A stretch of 64,000 bases of DNA from Bacteroidales bacterium. GTDB lineage: Bacteria; Bacteroidota; Bacteroidia; Bacteroidales; UBA10428. Under the pieces are notes generated by a model. It searched no databases. It was given only the letters and a program-made list of their open reading frames with translations, and was not told where the DNA came from. The position numbers were made by a program, and so were the translations under genes. This document shows positions 18,070 through 27,073 of the stretch, one piece after another. The stretch's first letter is position 1. Every line of letters begins with the position of its first letter. The stretch is taken from contig JAFGOR010000013.1 of assembly GCA_016926375.1 (NCBI GenBank), positions 1,658 through 65,657 of the forward strand. The letters are read 5' to 3'.

Positions 18070-19221
18070 ATGTCATCTCGTACGAAATGGTTCATTTTAT
18101 TGATTATCCTCATTCCTGGAGGATTGTCGGCTCATAGTTATGCCAGGTCACTTTCCGACAGCATAACCTTGTTTACACCCTACACGCGTATTTCTGTTCC
18201 ACCGGGTGAGTCAGTTACCTATTCCATCGACCTGATCAACAACACCAAATCACTCAAAAAAGTGGATCTCTATCTTACAGGTGTGCCCAAAGATTGGGTA
18301 TCATCGCTTACTTCAGGTGGTTATACCATCGGACAGGTCTCCGTAATGCCCGGAGAGCAAAGAAACCTGACACTCAAGGTAAATATTCCCATAAGGGTAA
18401 ACAAAGGGAATTACAGACTTACCGTTGTAGCCAAGGATTACACCACGTTGCCTGTTACCATCAATGTTTCGGAACAGGGCACTTTCAAAACAGAGTTCAC
18501 CACAGACCAGGCGAACATGCAGGGCAATACGAGTTCCACTTTTAATTTCAACTGTGACCTTAAAAACCTGACATCTGAAAAGCAATCTTACGCCCTAATA
18601 GCAAAGACATCGCCGGGTTGGGAAATATCATTCAGGGCCAACGGAAAGCAGGTTACTTCGGTGGAAATTGAACCTAACAATTCCACACGGGTTACCATTG
18701 AAATCAAACCACCAGCAAATACCCCGGCCGGAACCTATGAGATACCGGTTAAAGCCGTAACCAGTTCCACCTCGGGAGAACTCAGCTTGCAATTAGTGAT
18801 TACTGGCACCTATTCCATGAATTTGACCACCCCTAGCGGACTGCTCAGCACACACCTAACAGCAGGAGAATCAAAAAGAATAGAGCTTGTAGTAATCAAC
18901 ACGGGTTCCACCATTCTGAACAAAGTCAATATTGTTCCCATAGCACCTGTCAACTGGGAAGTCACCTGCGATCCGAAAACAATTGACAAGATTCCGGGAG
19001 GTGAAAAAGTCAATGTAACGGTTACGATTAAGGCAGACAAAAAAGCCGTACCAGGTGATTATGTTACCAATTTTGAAGCACAGACTCAGGAACTGGTTAC
19101 CAAAGCGTCTTTTAGGGTATCAGTCAAAACCTCCATGGTATGGGGCTGGGTGGGTATGCTCATAATCTCAACTGCATTGGGGAGTGTTTATTACCTGTTC
19201 CGCAAGTATGGAAGGAGGTAA
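18070..19221 (+). CDS. Cell-surface protein with repeated NEW3/CARDB-like Ig-fold domains and a C-terminal TM anchor (COG1470-like)
   Basis: 383 aa. Signal peptide ([17 protein letters not shown]). About 3-4 repeats of the pattern PGE/AGE-x-(K/R)-x-(L/V)-x-L-x-V-x-N followed by ...P-x-G-x-Y (for example [17 protein letters not shown] and [14 protein letters not shown]). Terminal TM segment [22 protein letters not shown] followed by RKYGRR. Confidence 0.6.
   Translation: MSSRTKWFILLIILIPGGLSAHSYARSLSDSITLFTPYTRISVPPGESVTYSIDLINNTKSLKKVDLYLTGVPKDWVSSLTSGGYTIGQVSVMPGEQRNLTLKVNIPIRVNKGNYRLTVVAKDYTTLPVTINVSEQGTFKTEFTTDQANMQGNTSSTFNFNCDLKNLTSEKQSYALIAKTSPGWEISFRANGKQVTSVEIEPNNSTRVTIEIKPPANTPAGTYEIPVKAVTSSTSGELSLQLVITGTYSMNLTTPSGLLSTHLTAGESKRIELVVINTGSTILNKVNIVPIAPVNWEVTCDPKTIDKIPGGEKVNVTVTIKADKKAVPGDYVTNFEAQTQELVTKASFRVSVKTSMVWGWVGMLIISTALGSVYYLFRKYGRR
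19213..19218 (+). promoter_or_regulatory. Shine-Dalgarno AGGAGG before the ABC ATPase gene
   Basis: aggagg ends 5 nt upstream of ATG 19224 and lies inside the last codons of the upstream gene. Confidence 0.6.
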
Positions 19222-19223
19222 CC

Positions 19224-20189
19224 ATGAGCGGTTTTGCCATTGAGCTTGTTGGTCTTACCAAAAAGTACGGATCATTTACTGCTGTTGACCATCTGAATCT
19301 TTCCATTAAAAAAGGAGAGGTATTTGGTTTACTTGGACCGAACGGTGCCGGCAAATCAACTACCATTCTGATGATACTTGGCTTGACCGACCCGGCAAGC
19401 GGCCATGCCCGTGTTTGCGGAATTGATCCTACTGTTAAACCAATTGAGGTTAAACGCCTGGTTGGCTATTTGCCAGAAGATGTCGGGTTTTATGATGATC
19501 GCACTGGGTATGACAACCTGATGTATACTGCCAGGTTGAACAGTATCCCTGATGCTGAAGCACAGCAAAGAATAGTACGATTGCTTGAAAGGGTCGGATT
19601 ATCAGGTGAAGCAGGTAAGAAAACGGGGACTTATTCAAGAGGAATGCGACAACGGCTGGGACTTGCTGATGTACTGATCAAGAACCCGGAAATCATCATT
19701 CTGGATGAACCTACATTAGGTATTGATCCAAAGGGAGTCAGGGAGTTTCTCAACCTTATCCTGGAACTCAGCAAGGAAGAAGGCCTTACCGTGCTGTTCT
19801 CATCGCACCACCTGCATCAGGTGCAACAGGTATGTGACCGGGTAGGACTGTTTGTTAAGGGAAAACTATTGGCCGAAGGAAATGTACAATCACTGGCACA
19901 AAAGCTTTTCACCCGCAGTCCCTATGTCATTGAAGCAGGCATAAGCGGAAACGGAGAATCTGTCAAAGAGATTGCTTCTCTTTTAAAACCCATCAATGGA
20001 GTAGAAGAGATTGCATTAAAAGACAAGTATTATGAGATATCCTGTACCAGGGATGCGACGGCTGAAATCGCAAAAGAAATAGTGGCATCAGGACTGTCGC
20101 TTACCCACCTGAGCAGGAAGGAATACGGACTTGACGACATTTACTATCGCTATTTTGAAGGAGGTGAAGAACATGAACGTATCAATTAA
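19224..20189 (+). CDS. ABC transporter ATP-binding protein (ABC-2/DrrA-like subfamily)
   Basis: Walker [10 protein letters not shown], signature [12 protein letters not shown], Walker [14 protein letters not shown] and H-loop SSHHL. I place the start at ATG 19224 ([16 protein letters not shown]), 2 nt after the upstream stop. Confidence 0.9.
   Translation: MSGFAIELVGLTKKYGSFTAVDHLNLSIKKGEVFGLLGPNGAGKSTTILMILGLTDPASGHARVCGIDPTVKPIEVKRLVGYLPEDVGFYDDRTGYDNLMYTARLNSIPDAEAQQRIVRLLERVGLSGEAGKKTGTYSRGMRQRLGLADVLIKNPEIIILDEPTLGIDPKGVREFLNLILELSKEEGLTVLFSSHHLHQVQQVCDRVGLFVKGKLLAEGNVQSLAQKLFTRSPYVIEAGISGNGESVKEIASLLKPINGVEEIALKDKYYEISCTRDATAEIAKEIVASGLSLTHLSRKEYGLDDIYYRYFEGGEEHERIN
20159..20165 (+). 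promoter_or_regulatory. Shine-Dalgarno AGGAGGT before the ABC-2 permease gene
   Basis: aggaggt lies 7-8 nt upstream of ATG 20173, inside the 3' end of the ATPase gene. Confidence 0.6.
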
Positions 20190-21228
20190 AAAATCCATAC
20201 TGCATACATTATTCACAAAAGCCGGATCATTAATTAAACCGAACCGGGGCAATCAGGTTGCCTCATCCCGACATCAATACCTGAACAATGCTTTTCGGGC
20301 CATTGTATTCAAAGAAGTATCAGATCATGTACGCAGCTGGCGGTTTATCATTCTGGTAGCCATTATTGCACTGACCTGTTTCGGTTCGTTATACGCCGCT
20401 TTGTCAGTTATTGACAAGGCCGTAAAACCAAACGATCCCGAGGGTACCTTCATATTTCTAAAGCTCTTTACCCTGTCCGATGGCACGTTGCCATCATACG
20501 CTGTATACATCAGCTTTCTCGGACCGCTGCTGGGTATCAGCCTGGGGTTCGACGCCATCAATTCTGAGCACAACAGGGGCACACTCAGCAGGCTCCTGGC
20601 GCAACCCATTCATCGCGATTACATCCTGAATGCCAAATTCCTGGGATCGCTAATAGTAATCAGCGTATTGCTTTTTGCCCTGGGTTTCCTGGTAATGGGC
20701 ATTGGCCTGATCGCCATCGGCATTCCACCAACAGTTGAAGAATTCATGCGCATTATTGCCTTCATCCTGCTGAGTATAGTTTATGTAGCCTTTTGGCTAA
20801 ACCTTTCCATATTTTTCTCAGTAAGATTTCGACAAACGGCCACTTCAGCCCTTTCAGGAATTGCCGTCTGGCTGTTCTTCTCGGTTTTCTACCCAATGAT
20901 CATCACTATGGTATCAAAGGCTTTTCAACCTTCGGAATTTGCTTCGGCACATGAGATTGCCGGCTATGAACGCCTGATGTCGGTGATGCTTTACCTGTTG
21001 CCGAATCAATTGTTCAGTGTGGCAACATCCACTTTGCTGATGCCTTCGATCCGAAGCCTGGGCACTTTATCAATGGAACAAATGACAGGTGCACTTCCGG
21101 GACCACTGCCCATTGGTCAGAGTCTGATGCTCGTGTGGGCACAGGTTACAGCACTGATTGCCGCAACCGTGCTTTGCTTCGCATTGTCTTATGTATCGTT
21201 TATGAGAAAGGAAATCAGATCGAGATAA
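20173..21228 (+). CDS. ABC-2-type transporter permease
   Basis: About 351 aa from MNVSIKK. It has one N-terminal TM helix, a loop, then five more TM helices, which is the ABC-2 topology. It overlaps the ATPase gene by 17 nt. Confidence 0.7.
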   Translation: MNVSIKKSILHTLFTKAGSLIKPNRGNQVASSRHQYLNNAFRAIVFKEVSDHVRSWRFIILVAIIALTCFGSLYAALSVIDKAVKPNDPEGTFIFLKLFTLSDGTLPSYAVYISFLGPLLGISLGFDAINSEHNRGTLSRLLAQPIHRDYILNAKFLGSLIVISVLLFALGFLVMGIGLIAIGIPPTVEEFMRIIAFILLSIVYVAFWLNLSIFFSVRFRQTATSALSGIAVWLFFSVFYPMIITMVSKAFQPSEFASAHEIAGYERLMSVMLYLLPNQLFSVATSTLLMPSIRSLGTLSMEQMTGALPGPLPIGQSLMLVWAQVTALIAATVLCFALSYVSFMRKEIRSR

Positions 21229-21357
21229 ACTTACCTGAACTTTCGTGGTGAAACGGTCTCTTTTGATAACCTGGCGATTATTTTGTTGAGCCTGCTTCTG
21301 AACTTTTTGCCGTTTGACCGGTTGTAGTGTTAGTTATTGTTATGTAATTCACACACT

Positions 21358-22365
21358 ATGAAAACAGCTGTATTCAGCACCAAGTCTTACGACAAAGAGT
21401 ATCTCGACAAGGCCAATGTGAATAACCTACATGAATTCAATTATTTTGAATCGTCACTGAAGTTGAAATCAGTCAAATTGGCCGAGGGATATGATGCCGT
21501 ATGTGTTTTTGTAAACGATGTATTGTCGAAGGAAGTCGTTGAAGCGCTGGCCGCTCAAAATAACAAAGCCATTGTGCTGCGTTGTGCCGGGTTCAATAAT
21601 GTGGACATAGAAACAGCATGCCGTTTGGGAGTAAAGGTACTGCGTGTGCCGGCCTATTCGCCCAGCGCGGTGGCTGAGCATGCCGTGGCTTTGATCATGA
21701 CTCTGAACCGCAAAACCCATAAGGCATACAACAGGGTGCGCGAGGGTAACTTTTCGATCGAACGACTTCAGGGGTTTGAGCTTTCAGGTAAAACCGTGGG
21801 CGTGGTTGGAACCGGTAAAATAGGCGCTGCATTTGCTGCAATAATGAAGGGCTTTGGAAGCCGGATCGTTGCCTATGATGTTTACCCCAATAAAGAATTG
21901 GAAGCACAGGGAATTACCTATTTATCGCTTCATGAACTTTTAAGGCAGTCCGATATCGTTTCGCTCCATTGTCCGCTCACTCCCGAAACAAACCGGATGA
22001 TCAACAGGGATACGCTGAACCTGATGAAAAAGGGCTCCATGTTGATCAACACGAGCCGAGGCAAACTGATTGACACAGATACAGCCATCGAGGCATTGAA
22101 AGAAGGTCAGCTGGGCTACCTGGGTATTGATGTTTATGAACAGGAGGAAAAGCTGTTCTTTAAGGATTTGTCAGAGATGGTTATTGTAGACGACAAAATT
22201 TCCCGGTTGATGACCTTTCCCAATGTGCTGGTAACGGCCCACCAGGCATATTTCACCGACAACGCTTTGAATCAGATTGCTCAAACCACCATCAATAATC
22301 TGACTGATATTGAAAACAACACCATCAACAGGCAAAACCAGGTGTGTATTGACATGATCAAATGA
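21358..22365 (+). CDS. ldhA: D-lactate dehydrogenase (NAD-dependent 2-hydroxyacid dehydrogenase)
   Basis: MKTAVFSTKSYDKEYL..., LRCAGFNNVD, RVPAYSPSAVAEHAVALIMTLNRK, GVVGTGKIGAAFA, SLHCPLTPET, INTSRGKLID and GIDVYEQE align colinearly with E. coli LdhA. Confidence 0.9.
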   Translation: MKTAVFSTKSYDKEYLDKANVNNLHEFNYFESSLKLKSVKLAEGYDAVCVFVNDVLSKEVVEALAAQNNKAIVLRCAGFNNVDIETACRLGVKVLRVPAYSPSAVAEHAVALIMTLNRKTHKAYNRVREGNFSIERLQGFELSGKTVGVVGTGKIGAAFAAIMKGFGSRIVAYDVYPNKELEAQGITYLSLHELLRQSDIVSLHCPLTPETNRMINRDTLNLMKKGSMLINTSRGKLIDTDTAIEALKEGQLGYLGIDVYEQEEKLFFKDLSEMVIVDDKISRLMTFPNVLVTAHQAYFTDNALNQIAQTTINNLTDIENNTINRQNQVCIDMIK

Positions 22366-22524
22366 AACAGTCCGAATTCATTGACAGGCAATAAAGGCTA
22401 CCCTGCAAACGTTAAATAAATTTGCTATTTTAGCAGTTGCTATTGTGGAGGTGCCTGAAAATCCCTGACAGAGTAAGGGGTGTATGCCGAAAAACCTGAG
22501 AGTAGGCCCATTAAATAATGTGTT

Positions 22525-23166
22525 ATGAAAAAGACATCCTTGATGATGGTTCTTTCATTGACTTCTTTTGTTGCTTCAAACGCTCAGTTGTTCGTGGGCG
22601 GAGGTTTTGGTTTTGATGCTCAAAGCGGCAGTTACGAATATGATGGTAATAAGAGTGACACACCCAGTGAAGTAAGTTTTGACTTCTCTCCCCAGGTTGG
22701 CTTTATGCTCTCTGATGATTTTGGAGTGGGTGCTTATTTGTCGTTTGGCCTTACAAGGGAAAATGACAAAGGTGATCCTGAAACCATTGATAAATCATCA
22801 TCTGTTGCATTCGCCCCATTTGCCCGCTACTACGCCTTCCGTTTCAACAAGTTTTCTTTTTACGGAGAAGCTCAGGCAAGCCTGGGATTTGGCTCTTCCA
22901 AGACCGAATATGATGGTGATGAAACCGATGGCCCCAAAACTTCTGAGGTTGGCTTTTATGTTTTCCCGGGCATGGCATATGACATCAGCAACAGGTTTCA
23001 GTTGATGGCTCGCATCAATGCTTTTGGTCTTGGCATAAACCATCAGATTTCAAAAAACGACGAAACTGACGTTATAGTGAGATCAACAGATGCTGGGCTT
23101 CATGTAAGTATGAATAGTATTGTCACTTCAGGTTATATTACTGTAGGTGCAATCATCAAATTATAA
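22525..23166 (+). CDS. Small outer-membrane beta-barrel (porin-family/OmpW-like) protein
   Basis: 213 aa. Signal peptide (LMMVLSLTSFVASNAQ), alternating-hydrophobicity strands, and a C-terminal aromatic/aliphatic strand. Confidence 0.6.
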   Translation: MKKTSLMMVLSLTSFVASNAQLFVGGGFGFDAQSGSYEYDGNKSDTPSEVSFDFSPQVGFMLSDDFGVGAYLSFGLTRENDKGDPETIDKSSSVAFAPFARYYAFRFNKFSFYGEAQASLGFGSSKTEYDGDETDGPKTSEVGFYVFPGMAYDISNRFQLMARINAFGLGINHQISKNDETDVIVRSTDAGLHVSMNSIVTSGYITVGAIIKL

Positions 23167-23180
23167 AGTGAATACTTTCA

Positions 23181-23219
23181 AAAAACCGGCGTTAAGACTT
23201 AACTTATCGCCGGTTTTTA
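23181..23219. terminator. Bidirectional Rho-independent terminator between convergent genes
   Basis: aaaaaccggcg (23181-23191) pairs with cgccggttttt (23208-23218). There is an A-run on one side and a T-run on the other. Confidence 0.7.
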
Positions 23220-24863
23220 TTACTGGCACAGGTTTTTCACAAACTCCGCACCCATTTCCCGCAGCTTGTATTTCTGAATCTTGCCACTTGCGGTTTTGGG
23301 ATAGTCGTCCACAAAGATTACATGTTTGGGAATTTTATGTCTGGAAATCTGACCCCGGCAGAATTCTTGCACTTCTTCCTGTGTAAGCGTTTGACCTGAT
23401 TTCAACTTGATAAAGGCGCCTACTATTTCACCAAATTTTTCATCAGCGATTCCTGCTACCTCAACCATTTCTATCTGTGGCATCTGGTACAGGAAATTTT
23501 CGATCTCGCGCGGATATACATTTTCTCCGCCGCGAATAATCATGTCCTTGATGCGGCCGGTTATCCGGTAATATCCATCTTTTGTTTTTACGGCCAGGTC
23601 GCCTGAATGCAGCCAGCCATCCTTGTCAATAGCTTTGGCAGTGGCCTCGGGATTGTTGTAATACCCTTTCATCACATTGTATCCCCGGCAACATATTTCA
23701 CCCTGCACTTCGGGCGGACATTCCTCGCCTGTTTCCGGATCTGAAATTTTCACTTCCACACCCGGGTAATTGGTTCCTACAGTGGTGGCCCTGATTTCCG
23801 GAGGATCGGTAATCCGCGTAGCTGTCATGCCCGGAGATGATTCGGTGAGCCCGTATACAATAATCAGATCATGGCAGTTCATTTTGCTCATCACCTGGTT
23901 CATGGTTTCAATCGGACAAAGTGATCCGGCCATAATGCCTGTTCGTAGACTGCTCAGATCGAACATGTTGAACATGGGATGATTGAGTTCGGCAATGAAC
24001 ATGGTGGGAACACCATACAATGCTGTGCACTTCTCTTTCTGAACTGAGGCCAACACGAGCAGCGGATCAAATTCTTCAACAAACACCATGGTACCGCCAT
24101 GGGTAATGATGGCACACATGGCCAGAACGCAGCCGAAACAATGGAAAAGCGGAACACATACCAACAGCCTGTCAGCTTGTGTGTAATGCATGCAGTCGCC
24201 AGTGCTCTGGCCGCAATTCACAATGTTGTGGTGGGTAAGCATGACTCCTTTTGGAAAACCGGTAGTTCCCGATGTGTACTGCATATTCACCACATCGTGG
24301 CATGATGTATTCTGCCTGGCCTTGAGCAAATCGTCATCAGGCAGATATGAACCCAGCAGAATCAGCTCATGCGTGTTGTACATGCCCCTGTGTTTCTGTG
24401 GACCAATAAAAACCACGTTTTTTAATTCCGGAAATCTGTTACTATGGAGGCTTCCTCTTACAGCTGATTTCAGTTCGGGAACCAGTTCAAATACCATGCT
24501 TACATAATCACTGTCGCGGTATCCGTCAATAATGCAAAGTGTATGCAAATCAGCATCCTTAATCAGGTATTCCAGTTCAGAAAGCTTATAACTGGTATTC
24601 ACAGTGACCAGTATGGCACCTATTTTTGCAGTGGCATACATGAAAGTTGACCAGTCGGGCACGTTGGTAGCCCAAATACCAACTTTGTCGCCTTTTCTCA
24701 CCCCAATGGCCAGCAATCCTTTGGCAAGCTGGTCTACCCGCTGGTTAAACTGGGCATAGGTGAACCTCAGGTTCCGGTCGGGATATACAATAAATTCATG
24801 ATTGGGAGTTTCCCTGGCCCATTTCTCAAGGAGATCACACAGGGTAAAATCAATCAGCTGCAT
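23220..24863 (-). CDS. AMP-dependent acyl-CoA synthetase/ligase (fatty-acid-CoA ligase-like)
   Basis: 547 aa. AMP-binding motif [16 protein letters not shown], then [43 protein letters not shown] and a C-terminal SGKIQK. Confidence 0.85.
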   Translation of the reverse strand: MQLIDFTLCDLLEKWARETPNHEFIVYPDRNLRFTYAQFNQRVDQLAKGLLAIGVRKGDKVGIWATNVPDWSTFMYATAKIGAILVTVNTSYKLSELEYLIKDADLHTLCIIDGYRDSDYVSMVFELVPELKSAVRGSLHSNRFPELKNVVFIGPQKHRGMYNTHELILLGSYLPDDDLLKARQNTSCHDVVNMQYTSGTTGFPKGVMLTHHNIVNCGQSTGDCMHYTQADRLLVCVPLFHCFGCVLAMCAIITHGGTMVFVEEFDPLLVLASVQKEKCTALYGVPTMFIAELNHPMFNMFDLSSLRTGIMAGSLCPIETMNQVMSKMNCHDLIIVYGLTESSPGMTATRITDPPEIRATTVGTNYPGVEVKISDPETGEECPPEVQGEICCRGYNVMKGYYNNPEATAKAIDKDGWLHSGDLAVKTKDGYYRITGRIKDMIIRGGENVYPREIENFLYQMPQIEMVEVAGIADEKFGEIVGAFIKLKSGQTLTQEEVQEFCRGQISRHKIPKHVIFVDDYPKTASGKIQKYKLREMGAEFVKNLCQ

Positions 24864-24874
24864 AGTCGTTCATT

Positions 24875-25447
24875 TTAAAAAGGAACATAAACCACTCCCA
24901 GAATTTTCGCCTGTGGTCCGGAAGTTGTTACCAGGTGATCCACAATGGAGTCGTAATAAATGCTGTCGCCCTGTTCCAATTCATAAACCGTATTGCCGTA
25001 ATAAATGGTGACTTTTCCCTCCATCACATAAATAAACTCTTCTCCTTCATGAGACGACTTGGTCAGATGATGATCCTTGTCAGGTTCAATATCCACAACA
25101 AAAGGCTCCATGTGTCGTCCGGCTTTGTTGGGGGCCATGGAATAAAACGAAAGATGCTCCCTGCTCTTATTCTCACGGGTGGAAAAGCTGTATGCCGATT
25201 TGCGGTCGTTCATGCGCATTACTGAAGGGCCTTCTTTGGCAGTTTCGTCAAGCAGGGTTCCAATGCGCACTCCCAGGGCCCTCGAAATACGGATCAGCAC
25301 TCCCAGTGATGGGATAGAGACTCCTGTCTCGATCAGGTTAAGCTGCTCAGTTGACAGTGCTGATCTTACAGCCAGATCTGCCTGCTCTATATTTTTCAGA
25401 TTCCGGAGTGCTATGATCTTTTCTCCAATAGAATGACTGGTTTGCAT
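24875..25447 (-). CDS. XRE-family HTH transcriptional regulator with a C-terminal cupin domain
   Basis: 190 aa. N-terminal HTH (IGEKIIALRNLKNIEQADLAVRSALSTEQLNLIETG). C-terminal cupin (SSHEGEEFIYVMEGKVTIYYGNTVYELEQGDSIYY). Confidence 0.8.
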   Translation of the reverse strand: MQTSHSIGEKIIALRNLKNIEQADLAVRSALSTEQLNLIETGVSIPSLGVLIRISRALGVRIGTLLDETAKEGPSVMRMNDRKSAYSFSTRENKSREHLSFYSMAPNKAGRHMEPFVVDIEPDKDHHLTKSSHEGEEFIYVMEGKVTIYYGNTVYELEQGDSIYYDSIVDHLVTTSGPQAKILGVVYVPF

Positions 25448-25547
25448 AGATAATTAAGGGTTAAAAGTTTGGTGAAAATAGAAAAAGAAAGGAGAAGGAA
25501 GAAAAAAATAATCATAAATTAGCAAAAATTAAAAAAACCAAACCACC

Positions 25548-26102
25548 ATGGGCATAGCACTCATCATTATTCTGGCAGTCGTTGTATTGTTGGTAATCGG
25601 ACTTTACAACAGGCTGGTGAAACTGAGAAACAACCGTGAAAATGCATTTGCGGATATTGATGTTCAGTTGAAACAGCGCCTTGACCTCATTCCCCAGCTG
25701 GTAGAGGCAGTTAAGGCATATATGAAACATGAAAGCACTGTTCTCACAGATATTACCAATGCCCGGGCCAACGCTTTACAGGCAAAAACCATCAATGAAA
25801 AGATTGCAGCAGAAAATCAGGTTTCATCTGCAATGCAGGGTCTGAATGTTGCAGTGGAAGCCTATCCCGATTTAAAGGCAAGTCAGAATTTCATTCAGTT
25901 GCAGGAGGAAATTTCCGACATTGAAAACAAACTGGCAGCTGCCAGAAGGTTCTTCAATTCAGCCACCAAGGAACTCAATAATGCCGTTCAGACATTTCCT
26001 TCGAATATCCTGGCAGGTATGTTCGGGTTTCAGAAAGAACCTATGTTTGATTTGGGCACAGAACGTGCCAGGGCCGAAGAAACTCCCAAGCTCAATTTTT
26101 AA
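25548..26102 (+). CDS. lemA: LemA family protein
   Basis: 184 aa. N-terminal TM segment followed by YNRLVKLRNNRENAFADIDVQLKQRLDLIPQLVE and ...AARRFFNSATKELNNAVQTFPSN. Confidence 0.85.
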   Translation: MGIALIIILAVVVLLVIGLYNRLVKLRNNRENAFADIDVQLKQRLDLIPQLVEAVKAYMKHESTVLTDITNARANALQAKTINEKIAAENQVSSAMQGLNVAVEAYPDLKASQNFIQLQEEISDIENKLAAARRFFNSATKELNNAVQTFPSNILAGMFGFQKEPMFDLGTERARAEETPKLNF

Positions 26103-26107
26103 CACCC

Positions 26108-27058
26108 ATGCAGTTCGTCGGATTACATTCCCAGATCAGGAAGAACAATTTCAAATCGGTTGTGCTGCTTATCCTGTTTCCGGCAGTCATATTTGTTCTG
26201 GTGTGGCTTTTCATGTTTTTTGTCGGCGGTCAGCAGCCCGAGCAGCGGTTTTATTCGACGAACACCAATTTCGTACATCTCATTCCCTGGATTTCCATTG
26301 GAATCCTTGTTTGGTTTACCATCGCCTTTTTGTTTCATACCAGCATGATAAAAAAGGCCACCGGTTCCGTTTCGCTTGAAAGAACTCAGAACAAAAGGGT
26401 ATACAACCTGGTGGAAAATTTATGCATCGGAAGCGGCATGAAAATGCCCAAGATCAACCTCATTGAAGATGACTCATTGAACGCTTTTGCCAGTGGAATC
26501 AATGACTCCACTTATACGGTTTCCCTGTCAAGAGGTATCATCAACAAGCTGAACGATGAGGAACTGGAAGGTGTAATTGCCCATGAACTCACGCACATCC
26601 GCAACCGGGACGTGAGGCTGCTGATCGTATCCATCATTTTTGTTGGCATATTCGCCTTTATAACCGAAATGCTGATGCGTTCCATCCGGTTCAGCGGAGG
26701 AGGTGGCAGCAGTAGCGGCAAGAAAGGTGGGGGAAGCATTATCCTTGTAGCATTGCTGCTGGCTGCAGTAGGTTACCTGCTTTCGAGCCTGTTCCGGTTT
26801 GCCCTTTCGAAAAAGCGTGAATACCTGGCCGATGCCGGGTCGGCTGAAATGACCCGAAATCCGCTGGCATTGGCATCGGCCCTTGAGAAGATATCATCCG
26901 ACTCGCGAATTGAAGCCGTTAAACAAAAGGACGTTGCCCAGCTTTTCATCGACAACCCGCAGGAAAAACCCAAAAGCATGAACCTGAATTCACTGGCAGT
27001 CATTTTTTCAACACACCCGCCTATTGAAAAACGGATTGACATACTCAGGCAGCTTTAA
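26108..27058 (+). CDS. M48-family zinc metalloprotease (HtpX-like)
   Basis: 316 aa. TM helices, the HELTHIRNRD (HExxH) motif, a Gly/Ser-rich linker and a C-terminal STHPPIEKRI. Confidence 0.85.
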   Translation: MQFVGLHSQIRKNNFKSVVLLILFPAVIFVLVWLFMFFVGGQQPEQRFYSTNTNFVHLIPWISIGILVWFTIAFLFHTSMIKKATGSVSLERTQNKRVYNLVENLCIGSGMKMPKINLIEDDSLNAFASGINDSTYTVSLSRGIINKLNDEELEGVIAHELTHIRNRDVRLLIVSIIFVGIFAFITEMLMRSIRFSGGGGSSSGKKGGGSIILVALLLAAVGYLLSSLFRFALSKKREYLADAGSAEMTRNPLALASALEKISSDSRIEAVKQKDVAQLFIDNPQEKPKSMNLNSLAVIFSTHPPIEKRIDILRQL

Positions 27059-27073
27059 AAAATAACCATGCAG

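Noticed and set aside
22440-22524. Possible TPP (THI-box) riboswitch upstream of the small OMP gene, because of ggggtg...cctgagag
   Set aside because: The conserved downstream ACCC...UGAACCUGAUCUGG-UAAUACC core is absent. The element order and length do not fit, and the start codon follows too closely.
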